Shown piece after piece: positions 34,965-44,911 of a stretch of DNA of 64,000 nt. How positions within the stretch are numbered: position 1 is the first letter of the stretch; every line of letters starts with the position of its first letter. A program made the position numbers and the translations under genes. The notes under the pieces were generated by a model. It was given only the letters and a program-made list of their open reading frames with translations, searched no databases and had not been told where the DNA came from. The stretch comes from an uncultured Acidimicrobiia bacterium (GTDB taxonomy: Bacteria; Actinomycetota; Acidimicrobiia; Spongiisociales; ZC4RG35): the NCBI GenBank assembly GCA_964195405.1, contig CAXMPK010000119.1:13075-77074 (forward strand). Direction: 5' to 3'.

Positions 34965-36641
34965 ATGGAAGAAATGGTCGGAAGGGTCCTCGGGACCAAA
35001 GACGCAACACCGCTCGAGTTTTGGGTTGGTGTGAGTGAAGGCGAGTTCATTCAACTCGACGATGTCGTCGCCCTGGAGCGTGTGTTGCCAACCGGTGAGG
35101 TGGTCAGGATGTACGGGACCGTGGGTCAGGTGATCGCACGTCATGAGGGGGCGCGCTTCGATTCCGATGTCTTTCTGATCGAAGACGGGATCCTCCCCGC
35201 TGAGGTGTCCGAGGCAGCCCAGGTGACCGCCACCAGATTCGAGCCCGAGGTGTTTGTGCCGCCGCGTCCCGGTCAAGCGGTACGCATCGCGGAAGGCGAA
35301 GAGAGGGAGCGTGCCCTTTTCTTCGACCAAATGGATAAGCGGTTCCCGGTTGGGATCACCAGGAACGGCGATCCACTTTGGGTCAACTTCGAGTTCATCA
35401 ACGGTGAGCGAGGGGCTCATGTCAACATTTCTGGCATCTCGGGTGTGGCAACCAAGACGAGCTACGCAACCTTCCTTCTTCATTCCCTTTTCACATCTGG
35501 AGTGCTGGGGACAGCAGTGGTCAACACCAAGGCGCTGATCTTCAACGTCAAGGGTGAGGATTTGCTTCATCTCGACCGGGTCAACACTCGACTAGATGAC
35601 GAACAGCGACGGCGTTATGCCGACTTGGGTTTGCCTTCTACTCCTTTCGAGTCGGTGGGCACATTTGCGCCGCCCCGGATCGATGATCCCAGAGCCACGG
35701 CGGATGTCGCCTCGAGATCGGATGTCACCTCGTTCTTCTGGGGTGTCCATGAGTTCTGTATTGACGACTTGCTGCCCTTCCTATTTGCCGACGCCGAGGA
35801 CGACCGGGCCCAATACACAACGGTGGTCTACAACGTGATGGCCCAATTGCGATTGGCGGAGGCGACTGAGACCGGGGCAGCACACATCGATGGGGTCAAG
35901 GTGCGGACGTTTCGCGAGCTAGCCGATCTCATCACCGAGCGGGTGCAATCTGACGACGGATCGATTCGACACCGCTGGGCCGGCCCGGCGATAGGGATTG
36001 GAACCATCAATGCCTTTGTCCGCCGTCTCCAGGCCTCGGTGAGACATGTGGGACGGCTTGTCCGGTCCGACATCGCCGACGCCGATCGGCATCGAATCGA
36101 TCTCGGCCGCAATCAGGTCACTGTCGTCGACCTCCACAATCTCAACGACCGTGCCAAGCGCTTCGTGGTGGGGATCACCCTGAAACGTGCCTTCGACGAG
36201 AAGGAGCGCGCCGGTCAGTCGGATGAGTTGCTCTTGGTGGTGCTTGACGAACTCAACAAATACGCGCCACGTGAGGGGACGAGCCCGATCAAGGAGGTTC
36301 TTCTCGATGTTGCTGAGCGCGGTCGGTCACTTGGTGTGATTCTGATTGGTGCTCAACAGACCGCATCAGAGGTCGAGCGGCGGATCATCGCCAACTCATC
36401 GATCCGGGTGGTCGGGCGTCTCGATTCGGCAGAGGCTGCTCGCGAGGAATACGGGTTTCTACCGGGGGTCCATCGGCAACGAGCGACCATCGTCAAGCCC
36501 GGCACGATGATCCTCAGTCAGCCCCAACTACCTGTTCCACTTGTGCTCGAATTCCCCTTCCCGGCCTGGGCGACAAGGGCGTCGGAAGCTGTAATCCCGC
36601 CGGACAACACCGGTTCGGAGGATCCTTTCGACGATCTCTAG
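34965..36641 (+). CDS. HerA/FtsK-superfamily ATPase (HerA-like: N-terminal HAS-barrel plus ATPase)
   Basis: The N-terminal beta-rich segment resembles the HAS-barrel of HerA. It is followed by a deviant P-loop GISGVATKTS, Walker B VVLDELNKY, and GAQQ. Confidence 0.5.
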   Translation: MEEMVGRVLGTKDATPLEFWVGVSEGEFIQLDDVVALERVLPTGEVVRMYGTVGQVIARHEGARFDSDVFLIEDGILPAEVSEAAQVTATRFEPEVFVPPRPGQAVRIAEGEERERALFFDQMDKRFPVGITRNGDPLWVNFEFINGERGAHVNISGISGVATKTSYATFLLHSLFTSGVLGTAVVNTKALIFNVKGEDLLHLDRVNTRLDDEQRRRYADLGLPSTPFESVGTFAPPRIDDPRATADVASRSDVTSFFWGVHEFCIDDLLPFLFADAEDDRAQYTTVVYNVMAQLRLAEATETGAAHIDGVKVRTFRELADLITERVQSDDGSIRHRWAGPAIGIGTINAFVRRLQASVRHVGRLVRSDIADADRHRIDLGRNQVTVVDLHNLNDRAKRFVVGITLKRAFDEKERAGQSDELLLVVLDELNKYAPREGTSPIKEVLLDVAERGRSLGVILIGAQQTASEVERRIIANSSIRVVGRLDSAEAAREEYGFLPGVHRQRATIVKPGTMILSQPQLPVPLVLEFPFPAWATRASEAVIPPDNTGSEDPFDDL

Positions 36642-36708
36642 GGCAAGTACCTATGAGAACGGACCGTCTTCCACAAATCTGTCTTACCCACGATTTACGA
36701 TCTGGGCG

Positions 36709-37839
36709 ATGGCAGTGAAGATCCTTCACACATCCGACTGGCATGTCGGCAGGAGAATTCGGGGTAGGGATAGATCCGAGGAGCATCGCGCCGTCCTCGC
36801 CGAGATCGCAGGCCTGGCCCGTGAAAACGATGTCGATCTGACCGTTGTGTCCGGTGACACCTTTGACACGTCTTCACCGACACCGATTGCCGAGCAGATC
36901 GTTTGGAGTGCCCTTCTCGAGCTGGCCGAGGTGGCTCCTGTGGCAGTAGTCGCCGGCAATCATGACAACCAGGCCCGACTCGATGCGGTCGCCCCGCTGC
37001 TCGCTATGGGAGGCATCACGATGGTAGGGGCTGCGAGGGGGCCCGACGATGGTGGAGTGGTGTCCATGGATGCTCTAGGTGTGAAGCTGGCCCTGTTGCC
37101 TTTTGTCTCGCAGCGAGCGATGGTCAAGGTCGAGGAGATCATGGGATCGGATCCCGATCAGCACGCCGGGGTCTACGAGCAACGGCTTCGTCGGATCATT
37201 GATGCACTTACCTCCGGGATGACCTCGGATACGGTCAACATCGTTGTCAGTCATCTCACGGTTTACGGAGGTCTGGTTGGAGGGGGTGAGAGACAGGCCC
37301 ATATCTTTGGATACGCGATACCGGCTTCGATTTTTCCCGGACATCTTTCGTACGTGGCACTTGGTCATTTGCACCGCCAGCAGAAGATGCCCCACTCAGG
37401 TGCCGTCTGGTACTCGGGGTCGCCGCTGCAGCTCGATTTTGGCGAGGTGGCGGACAGCAAAGGTGCCTTGCTCGTCGAGGCCACACCGGGTCTGCCGTCA
37501 AAGGTGACCAGTCTCCCGCTGCAGTCTGGAACCAGGCTGGCGACCGCCAGGGGGACACTCGAAGAGATTCTTGGACGGGCCGACGATCTCGCCGATGCCT
37601 ACGTGAGAGTTGAGCTCACCGAGAAGGCCCGTGTCGGGTTGGCCGATGAGGTGAGAGAAGCCATTCCGGGCGCAGTCGAGGTGCTCCTCGACAATCCGAG
37701 CCCGGCAAAGAAGAAAACTGTGTCTCGACAGAGTCTCCAGCCACTTGAGGCCTTCCACCGCTACCTCGAAGAAAAGGGTGGTGATGACAAGGACGTAGAA
37801 GCCTTGTTTGCCGAGCTACTGGATGAGGCCGTCGCATGA
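36709..37839 (+). CDS. sbcD: DNA repair exonuclease SbcD (Mre11-type)
   Basis: Phosphoesterase motifs ILHTSDWHVG, GDTFD, GNHD and GHLH. Confidence 0.85.
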   Translation: MAVKILHTSDWHVGRRIRGRDRSEEHRAVLAEIAGLARENDVDLTVVSGDTFDTSSPTPIAEQIVWSALLELAEVAPVAVVAGNHDNQARLDAVAPLLAMGGITMVGAARGPDDGGVVSMDALGVKLALLPFVSQRAMVKVEEIMGSDPDQHAGVYEQRLRRIIDALTSGMTSDTVNIVVSHLTVYGGLVGGGERQAHIFGYAIPASIFPGHLSYVALGHLHRQQKMPHSGAVWYSGSPLQLDFGEVADSKGALLVEATPGLPSKVTSLPLQSGTRLATARGTLEEILGRADDLADAYVRVELTEKARVGLADEVREAIPGAVEVLLDNPSPAKKKTVSRQSLQPLEAFHRYLEEKGGDDKDVEALFAELLDEAVA

Positions 37840-37869
37840 AGACAACGTGGCCATCTTTGTGATGGCGTC

Positions 37870-40230
37870 ATGAGACCACTTCGTATCCGAGCCGAAGGTT
37901 TCTCGGCATATCGGACACCGGTAGAAGTCGATCTCGACGGTGTCGACTTCTTCTCGTTGAGCGGAGCAACCGGTTCGGGCAAGTCGAGCCTCATCGATGC
38001 CATGGTCTTTGCCCTTTATGGGCGGGTTCCCCGACTTGGGGGCAGCACCGTCGCTCCCGCGATCAGCGCCGGTGTCGACCGAGCTCGAGTCGCCTTCGAT
38101 TTCGAGATCGACGGTTCCGTGTATACCGCTGTTCGTCTTGTCGAAAGGACCAAGACCGGGGGAGCCAGTGTCAAAGAGGCGAGACTTCAAAAGGGCCAGT
38201 CAGTCTTGGCCGATGGTGCCGACGACGTAACCGTGGCAGTTGAAGGCCTTCTCAAGCTCCGTTTCGAAGACTTCACCAGGACGGTGGTCTTACCGCAGGG
38301 TGACTTCGCCCAGTTTCTCACCGCCACCAAGGCGGAACGCCAGTCGTTGTTGCGAAGTTTGCTGGGACTCGACATGTACACGGCAGTTCGTGGGCTGGCC
38401 AAGACCCGCGCCGCGGTTGCCGGGGATCGCGCTGAGACCGCCCATGCTTCGCTTGAATCTCTGCAAATTCCTGATGATGAATCGGTGGTCTCCGCCGAAC
38501 GGCGGCTGACCGATCTCGAAACTCTGTCCACTGAAATCGTCGAGCGGGAGAAGAGGCTGTCCAGTCTCGACAAGAAGGTGGCGGATACGCGGGCCGAGGT
38601 TGATCGTCTCTCCGACGCGGCAACGCGATTGGAATCAATCTCACCGCCGGACCAACTCGAGAGACTCGACGGTCTTGCCAATGACGCTCGTGACGGTGTC
38701 GCCCTGGCGGAGAAATCCCTGGAGGAGGCGCGTACAGAGGTGCTCTCGCTCGAAACACGCCTCCGCGACCTGACATCACCTGCTCAAATCGCCACACATC
38801 GCATCAGCCATGAGAATCTTGGCGAACTGGAGGAGCGGATGGCCGCCCACAACCTCGAGCTGATCGAAGCCGAAGTGGAGGCTTTATCCGAGGAGTTCGA
38901 TGAAACGGTCGGGCGACTCCAGGAGACCCGGGATTTGCTGGCGTCGGCTCGATTCGCCCATGCTGCCCATGCTCTTGTGTCCACACTTGTTGTCGGCGAG
39001 CCCTGTCCGGTATGTGACCACGAGGTCATCGACATACCGAGCTACTCCACTCCCACCGAATTGGAACAGCTCGAGGCGGATGATGTATCGCATTTGCAGG
39101 CTCGTGAAGCGGCCCGATTGAATCTGGACACTGTGAAGGGTCGCCTCACCAGTGTCCGGGCAACCCTCAGCGAACAGACAGAACAACTAGGTCGACTCCA
39201 AGAAGCTTTGACTGACATTCCAAACATTGAGGAGTTGACTGAGCTCGAGAGCCGGTACGACGAGATTGTCGTGGTCCTCGAGGATCGTCGGGCTGTTCAG
39301 GTGGTCCGCGACGGTGAGCTCGAGACCGCCAGGCAAAGCCTTGATGGCCTCGCTGACGCCGTCCGGCTTGTCGGCAAACAGTTGACCGCAGCTCAATTAG
39401 AAGTTGCCGATTTGAAGCCACCAGTGTCCGATGCGGATGATGTGGTGGTTCGCTGGAAAGACCTGATCAGTTGGCGTGACGAGGCTCGTGCCGCCATCGA
39501 TGCAGAGACTCTGCTCGCGGTGGACTCTGTTGCGTCTGCCAATGACAGGGCGGCCGACGCCAGACATGAGTTGACCTCGACACTCCGCGATGCAGGCGTG
39601 AAGGATGAGGAGCCCCATTCGGCCCAGGTGGCGACTGAGTTGGAGAAGGCCCGCCAGCTTGTTGCTGACTTCAAGAAGACGTTGTCCGCGGTCAACAAGC
39701 TTCAGGTGGAAGTTGAGGAGGCTTCCTCAAAGGCCACCGTGGCCGAAGCTCTCGCCGGCCATCTGCGGGCGAACGGTTTTGAGCGATGGCTGATGGCTGG
39801 CGCACTCAGTGATTTGGTTGGCGGTGCCAACGGGTTACTCGGGGAGTTGTCATCTGGCGGCTATTCCCTCCATTCGGATGACGTCGGTTCGTTCTCCATC
39901 GTCGACCATCGCAATGCCGATGAGTTGAGGTCCGTTTCGACACTTTCCGGCGGAGAGACGTTCTTGGTTTCCTTGGCCCTGGCGTTGTCTCTCGCAGAGA
40001 CTCTGGCGGCTGCCGGCGGTGCACGTCTCGACACCATCATTCTCGACGAAGGCTTTGGAACGCTGGACACCGAGTCGCTGGACACGGTCGCATCTGTGCT
40101 CGAGGAACTCGCCGGCGACGGGCTCATGGTGGGAGTCATCACACACGTCAAGGAGCTGGCAGCGCGGGCGCCGACCCGGTTTGAGGTCACACGAGAGCCG
40201 ACAGGCTCGGTGGTGGAGAAGGTCTCATGA
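37870..40230 (+). CDS. sbcC: DNA repair ATPase SbcC (Rad50-type)
   Basis: Walker A GATGSGKSS, central coiled coil with a CPVC zinc hook, signature LSGGE, Walker B IILDEGFGTLD. Confidence 0.85.
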   Translation: MRPLRIRAEGFSAYRTPVEVDLDGVDFFSLSGATGSGKSSLIDAMVFALYGRVPRLGGSTVAPAISAGVDRARVAFDFEIDGSVYTAVRLVERTKTGGASVKEARLQKGQSVLADGADDVTVAVEGLLKLRFEDFTRTVVLPQGDFAQFLTATKAERQSLLRSLLGLDMYTAVRGLAKTRAAVAGDRAETAHASLESLQIPDDESVVSAERRLTDLETLSTEIVEREKRLSSLDKKVADTRAEVDRLSDAATRLESISPPDQLERLDGLANDARDGVALAEKSLEEARTEVLSLETRLRDLTSPAQIATHRISHENLGELEERMAAHNLELIEAEVEALSEEFDETVGRLQETRDLLASARFAHAAHALVSTLVVGEPCPVCDHEVIDIPSYSTPTELEQLEADDVSHLQAREAARLNLDTVKGRLTSVRATLSEQTEQLGRLQEALTDIPNIEELTELESRYDEIVVVLEDRRAVQVVRDGELETARQSLDGLADAVRLVGKQLTAAQLEVADLKPPVSDADDVVVRWKDLISWRDEARAAIDAETLLAVDSVASANDRAADARHELTSTLRDAGVKDEEPHSAQVATELEKARQLVADFKKTLSAVNKLQVEVEEASSKATVAEALAGHLRANGFERWLMAGALSDLVGGANGLLGELSSGGYSLHSDDVGSFSIVDHRNADELRSVSTLSGGETFLVSLALALSLAETLAAAGGARLDTIILDEGFGTLDTESLDTVASVLEELAGDGLMVGVITHVKELAARAPTRFEVTREPTGSVVEKVS

Positions 40231-41138
40231 AGTACACCGTTGAGGCCTGGGATTCGGACTACGGCGCACCTACAGACCCTGAGCTGGACGATGCCACCCA
40301 GTCAGTGGACGCTTCTGTTGAGGTGCCGGTCGATCAATGGCGGCCTCTGCTCCCTGAGGTCGATCCGGTCGACGACATCCTCTTTGTCGACGGAGTCCGG
40401 CGGGTCGACGCAACCCTGTGGATCGACCAGCCACCCGATTTTCCTGCCTTCGCCCTGGCAGCCACATACGCCGCCGGTGCAGTCCGCTGCAATGGGACGG
40501 CACAGGTCGAGGTAGCGGATGTCGGGAGAGGTCTCTTCACTTCCGCGCCGGCCGACGACATCGAGACGAGTGTTGGCACCTATGAGATCAAGGCCACCAA
40601 AGGAACAACATCCGAGGAGCTCTGGCTTGGTATACAGCAGCGGATGGGCGATCTCGAGGCACACGTAGCGCACAAGGCCGGTGGTGGTGAGCTTCTAGTT
40701 GTCGACGGGCCGCTTTCCCATGCCCGTGATCTCGAAAATGCGGTTGGCTACATCAAGACTCAGAAGGTGCAATATCTACCGCTCGAATTGCGGTCGGTTC
40801 TGACTTCACTGCCGGCTGGATATCGCACGCCACTGTTTTTGACGACCACGTCATGGAGTCGTTATTCGTGGTACTTGCGGCTCGCCAATCATGCGGGTCC
40901 GGCGGGTGGGCTGGTGCGTTGTGAAATCGATGCGAACAAATCGGTCGCCGACGCTGCCAGAGTGGCCACGCGTGTCAGTGCGACGTTGCCCCGTTTTGCA
41001 TCTGCAAGTCACAAGGATCCCCGGGCGCCGCAGAATCTCTATCCGATAGGTGGTCTGGAACGTGAGCTCCGACGACGGCTCGGTGACAAAGAACTGGCGG
41101 TTCGATCGTTGCGGAAGGCTTCAGCGGTCGCGGCGTGA
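40227..41138 (+). CDS. hypothetical protein, candidate NurA-like nuclease
   Basis: The ATG overlaps the sbcC stop as ATGA. An acidic N-terminal segment is followed by FVDGVRR and VVDGPLS motifs consistent with an RNase-H-like NurA fold. The position matches nurA in archaeal herA-mre11-rad50-nurA operons. Confidence 0.35.
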   Translation: MKYTVEAWDSDYGAPTDPELDDATQSVDASVEVPVDQWRPLLPEVDPVDDILFVDGVRRVDATLWIDQPPDFPAFALAATYAAGAVRCNGTAQVEVADVGRGLFTSAPADDIETSVGTYEIKATKGTTSEELWLGIQQRMGDLEAHVAHKAGGGELLVVDGPLSHARDLENAVGYIKTQKVQYLPLELRSVLTSLPAGYRTPLFLTTTSWSRYSWYLRLANHAGPAGGLVRCEIDANKSVADAARVATRVSATLPRFASASHKDPRAPQNLYPIGGLERELRRRLGDKELAVRSLRKASAVAA

Positions 41139-42026
41139 GGCCAGGAAGGCCCCAACAATCACCAAGCCGACACCTGCGATGGCCAGCGGCGCAACCACCT
41201 CGTCCCGGAAGACGACACCAAGGGTCAGCGCGACCACCGGGATCACATACGTGAGGAATGCCGACCGGGTAGCCCCAACGCTCCCCACAAGGGCACCCAT
41301 CATGTAGAAGGCGATACCGGTGCCTACTGCACCGAGTGCCAGCGTCGCTATGAATGCCGGCCAAGTGAAACTGGATTGGGTCAGGCCATAGATCCCGAAA
41401 GGGGTCACCAGGAGTGTCGCGCTTCCCAAGACGTGGGCCATGACCGGCAGCGAGCCATATTTCTGTGCCGCCGGCGTGACCATATTGAGAGCGATGGCAT
41501 AACAGACCGTTGCCACCAGGATGAGGGCTACGCCGAGGGTGGCGGTGGCCCCTGTCCCAGCCGATGGGAGAGCTATGGCCACGATCCCGGCAAACCCAAC
41601 GATCAGCCCCACGATTTGGAGTCTTGCGGGAAGGGCACGAAGCAAGATCGTCGCCAGGAGCGCAGTGAAGACCGGAGTGGCACCGTTGAGCATTCCCGCG
41701 ATTGCAGAGTCGATCCACTGCTGCGCGATTGGAAAGAGCGTGAAGGGGATCGCAACCCAGATCAGCCCGAGAAGCCGGAGTCTCGTCAGATCATCACGGT
41801 CGACGCGTGTCCGCCTGGCTTGGGGGAAGAGGGCGATCGTCACGGCTCCAAATCCAACTCGAAGCCAGGTGACCAAACCAGGGTGAAAGGCGTCGAGCCC
41901 AATCGCGATGAGAAGAAACGATGAGCCCCAGATCAGTGCCACGCCAAGGAACAGCCCCCAATCGAGCGCGGTAAAGGCATCGCGATTGGTGCCGTGGGAG
42001 GTGGTCAGGATATGAGTGTTTGCCAT
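41121..42026 (-). CDS. DMT family transporter (EamA/RhaT-like)
   Basis: Ten TM helices and two EamA-like repeats. Confidence 0.7.
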   Translation of the reverse strand: MANTHILTTSHGTNRDAFTALDWGLFLGVALIWGSSFLLIAIGLDAFHPGLVTWLRVGFGAVTIALFPQARRTRVDRDDLTRLRLLGLIWVAIPFTLFPIAQQWIDSAIAGMLNGATPVFTALLATILLRALPARLQIVGLIVGFAGIVAIALPSAGTGATATLGVALILVATVCYAIALNMVTPAAQKYGSLPVMAHVLGSATLLVTPFGIYGLTQSSFTWPAFIATLALGAVGTGIAFYMMGALVGSVGATRSAFLTYVIPVVALTLGVVFRDEVVAPLAIAGVGLVIVGAFLASRRDR

Positions 42027-42076
42027 TGGTCAGAAGAACACCACGCAGGATGCGCTGGTTGCATCTGAGTTCAAAT

Positions 42077-42709
42077 TCAACGCCGATACGGGTTCAGATA
42101 GTCCGGAGTGTCAACGTCTTCTTCGAGATCGGAAGCTCTGATCGGCTCACCCGCCTGAAGGGTCATTGGAACCACTCCGGCCCAGACCCCGCTGTTCATG
42201 TCTTCGAGCTCGTCGCTCGGATCCCCTGACCGGATCTTGGCTGACACCTCGTCGAGAGAGAGCCTGATGACAGATGTTTGCTTGAGCTCGCTCTCGGTGT
42301 TGGCTCGGATATCTGCTGTTCGCCCTGGAATCAAGGTCTCGATGATGACATCGAGAGCGTGGGCGTGCTGCTTGCCAGACACGATTTCTCCCCGACCATG
42401 GATTACAACGCTGCGGTAGTTGGCCGACGAGTGGAAAGCGCTTCGGGCCACAACAAGACCGTCGATGTGGGTGACCGCCACGCTGAGGGGTGATCCGTTT
42501 CGGACGGCCCGAGCGAGACCCATGGTGTTTGAGCCATGGAGTAGCACAGAATCGCCGTCGCGGGCATAGAGAGTTGGGAGCACCACCGGGCGATCTTCAA
42601 CGACGTAAGCCGCGTGGCATACAAATCCGGCATCGAGAATCGCATTGATGGTCTCCCTATCGGTCACACCGCGTTCTGGGAGACGGTTGAGTGCCGTCTT
42701 GTCAGACAT
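42077..42709 (-). CDS. pyridoxamine 5'-phosphate oxidase family protein (FMN-binding split barrel)
   Basis: General PNPOx/NimA-like profile, for example ETINAILDAGFVCH...VVLPTLYARDGDSVLLHGS. Confidence 0.65.
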   Translation of the reverse strand: MSDKTALNRLPERGVTDRETINAILDAGFVCHAAYVVEDRPVVLPTLYARDGDSVLLHGSNTMGLARAVRNGSPLSVAVTHIDGLVVARSAFHSSANYRSVVIHGRGEIVSGKQHAHALDVIIETLIPGRTADIRANTESELKQTSVIRLSLDEVSAKIRSGDPSDELEDMNSGVWAGVVPMTLQAGEPIRASDLEEDVDTPDYLNPYRR

Positions 42710-43706
42710 CGTGTTCCGATTTCGCTTCCCTGGTCATGAGACTGAGAACAGCATCCCGAGGCGACATCCCTTCGTAGAGCACTTTTGCCACATGCTCCAC
42801 GATCGGCATTTCAATATTCGCTCCCTCGGCGAGGCCGATAACACCGCGAGTCGTCTTGACGCCTTCGGCGACCATTTTCATTTCGGCTGTGACTTCGTCG
42901 AGTGTCCTGCCCCGTGCCAAACCTGCGCCGACACGATGGTTGCGGCTTTGAGCCGACGAGCAGGTTGCGATCAGGTCGCCCATCCCGGCGAGACCTGCAA
43001 ATGTTGCGGGGCGACCACCGAGACTGATGCCGAGTCGGGTCAGTTCGGCAAGGGCCCGCGTCAGAAGCGCGGCGCGTGTGTTGTCTCCAAACCCAAGCCC
43101 ATCGGACATTCCAGCCGCTATTGCCATGACATTCTTCATGGCCCCTCCCAGTTCACATCCAATGACATCGTCATTGGTGTACACCCGGAACGTCGGGCCC
43201 ATCAATACCGTCTGTATCGCCTGAGCTGTCGGCTCGTGACCCATCGCTATCACGGCAGCCGTCGGTTGCCCGACGATGATTTCTCCGGCGAGATTTGGAC
43301 CTGTCAGAACGCCAGTGCGGCTCGGATCGTGATTGGGCGCCTCCTCATGAACCACTCGCGTCATCGAGGCGAGAGTCCCTTCTTCGATACCCTTGGTCAG
43401 AGAGATGACCGGAGTGTCGTTGGCGAGTTGGGGCGTTAGGGTGCGAAACACCTGGCGAAACCCGTGCGAAGGAACCGCCATGATGATCGCGTCGGCGCCT
43501 TCGAGCGCTGCCGGCAAATCGGATGTCGAAGTGAGGAGTCGTGGCAGATCATATCCGGGGAGGTAGTCAGAGTTTTGCCCGGTTTCGCTGATTGAGCGTG
43601 CCAGATCATCACGTCGAGCCCAAAGAACTGTTTCAACAGATCTGGCGGCTATCGAGGCCAGGGTCGTGCCCCACGTACCCGCGCCGATCACAGTCACTCG
43701 TTGCAT
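42702..43706 (-). CDS. gpsA: NAD(P)H-dependent glycerol-3-phosphate dehydrogenase
   Basis: N-terminal VTVIGAGTWGTTLA and a conserved GpsA core. Confidence 0.9.
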   Translation of the reverse strand: MQRVTVIGAGTWGTTLASIAARSVETVLWARRDDLARSISETGQNSDYLPGYDLPRLLTSTSDLPAALEGADAIIMAVPSHGFRQVFRTLTPQLANDTPVISLTKGIEEGTLASMTRVVHEEAPNHDPSRTGVLTGPNLAGEIIVGQPTAAVIAMGHEPTAQAIQTVLMGPTFRVYTNDDVIGCELGGAMKNVMAIAAGMSDGLGFGDNTRAALLTRALAELTRLGISLGGRPATFAGLAGMGDLIATCSSAQSRNHRVGAGLARGRTLDEVTAEMKMVAEGVKTTRGVIGLAEGANIEMPIVEHVAKVLYEGMSPRDAVLSLMTREAKSEHDV

Positions 43707-43781
43707 CGTGGCGACGCTAGCTGTGAAAACGAGAAAACTGCCGGCGCCGTAGCCCCCTGTGGTTTCTAACCTCTATCGCCG

Positions 43782-44864
43782 ATGAGTCTCTCCATAGGGA
43801 TTGTTGGCTTGCCCAACGTCGGCAAGTCCACCCTCTTCAATGCTCTTACCAATGCTGGAATCGTGGCCGCCAACTACCCGTTTGCGACCATTGATCCAAA
43901 CACCGGCATCGTCCCCATTCCAGATCCACGTCTAGACCGACTGGCAGACCTGTTTGGTTCCGCGAAGAGGACGCCGGCGACAGTGACCTTTGTGGACATC
44001 GCCGGCTTGGTGAAAGGTGCCAGCAATGGGGAGGGGCTTGGCAATCAGTTCCTGGGCAACATCCGTGACGTCAACGCCATCTGTCATGTGGTTAGGGCAT
44101 TTGAGACCGAAAACGTCGTACATGTTGAAGACGGTCTCGATCCAAAACGGGACATTGGGATAGTTGAAACCGAGTTGGCAATCGCAGATCTGGAGACTAT
44201 CGGGAGACGTCTCCCCAGGCTCGAGAAGGAGGCCAAGATCGACCGTGGGCTGCAAAGGCAGGTCGATCTACTCACCGAGCTCCAAGATGTGGTTGCAGCC
44301 GGAGAGCTGGTTGTAAGTCATCTGGGGCTGATGGAACGACATTCCGAGTTTGCAGATCTCCATTTACTGACGGCCAAACCTGTTATCTACGTCTTCAACT
44401 CTGATGAGTGGCTGCTCGCCGACCCGGGCCGACGCCGGGAGCTGGAGCAGATGGTTGCCCCGTCAGAAGCGATATTCCTCGACGCGCAGATCGAGGCCGA
44501 GCTGATCGAGCTCGAGGCTGACGAGCGGGCCGAGATGCTTAGCGCTGTGGGCCAGGGCGAGCCAGGACTGGACGTCGTCATCCGGGCCGCCTACCGGACG
44601 CTGGGGCTACAGAGCTATTTGACCGGTGGAGAAAAGGAGTCCCGGGCCTGGACAATCAGGGCTGGCGCCACTGCACCGGAGGCAGCGGGTGTGATTCACA
44701 CCGATTTCGAGCGTGGGTTTATTGCGGCAGAGGTTGTCGACTTCGACAGGCTGATCGAGTCCGGCTCGTGGGTCGCAGCGCGTGCGGGTGGTCTGGTTCG
44801 GACCGAGGGTCGCGATTATGGGATGAAGCCCAACGATGTCGTCGAGTTTCGATTCAACCTATGA
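43782..44864 (+). CDS. ychF: redox-regulated ribosome-binding ATPase YchF
   Basis: IGIVGLPNVGKSTLFNALT, a TGS domain and a C-terminal region with GFIAAEVV. Confidence 0.9.
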   Translation: MSLSIGIVGLPNVGKSTLFNALTNAGIVAANYPFATIDPNTGIVPIPDPRLDRLADLFGSAKRTPATVTFVDIAGLVKGASNGEGLGNQFLGNIRDVNAICHVVRAFETENVVHVEDGLDPKRDIGIVETELAIADLETIGRRLPRLEKEAKIDRGLQRQVDLLTELQDVVAAGELVVSHLGLMERHSEFADLHLLTAKPVIYVFNSDEWLLADPGRRRELEQMVAPSEAIFLDAQIEAELIELEADERAEMLSAVGQGEPGLDVVIRAAYRTLGLQSYLTGGEKESRAWTIRAGATAPEAAGVIHTDFERGFIAAEVVDFDRLIESGSWVAARAGGLVRTEGRDYGMKPNDVVEFRFNL

Positions 44865-44911
44865 GCTAGACCTCCCGAGACATAGCGGTAACCGCAGTGA
44901 CGATTGGTGCC

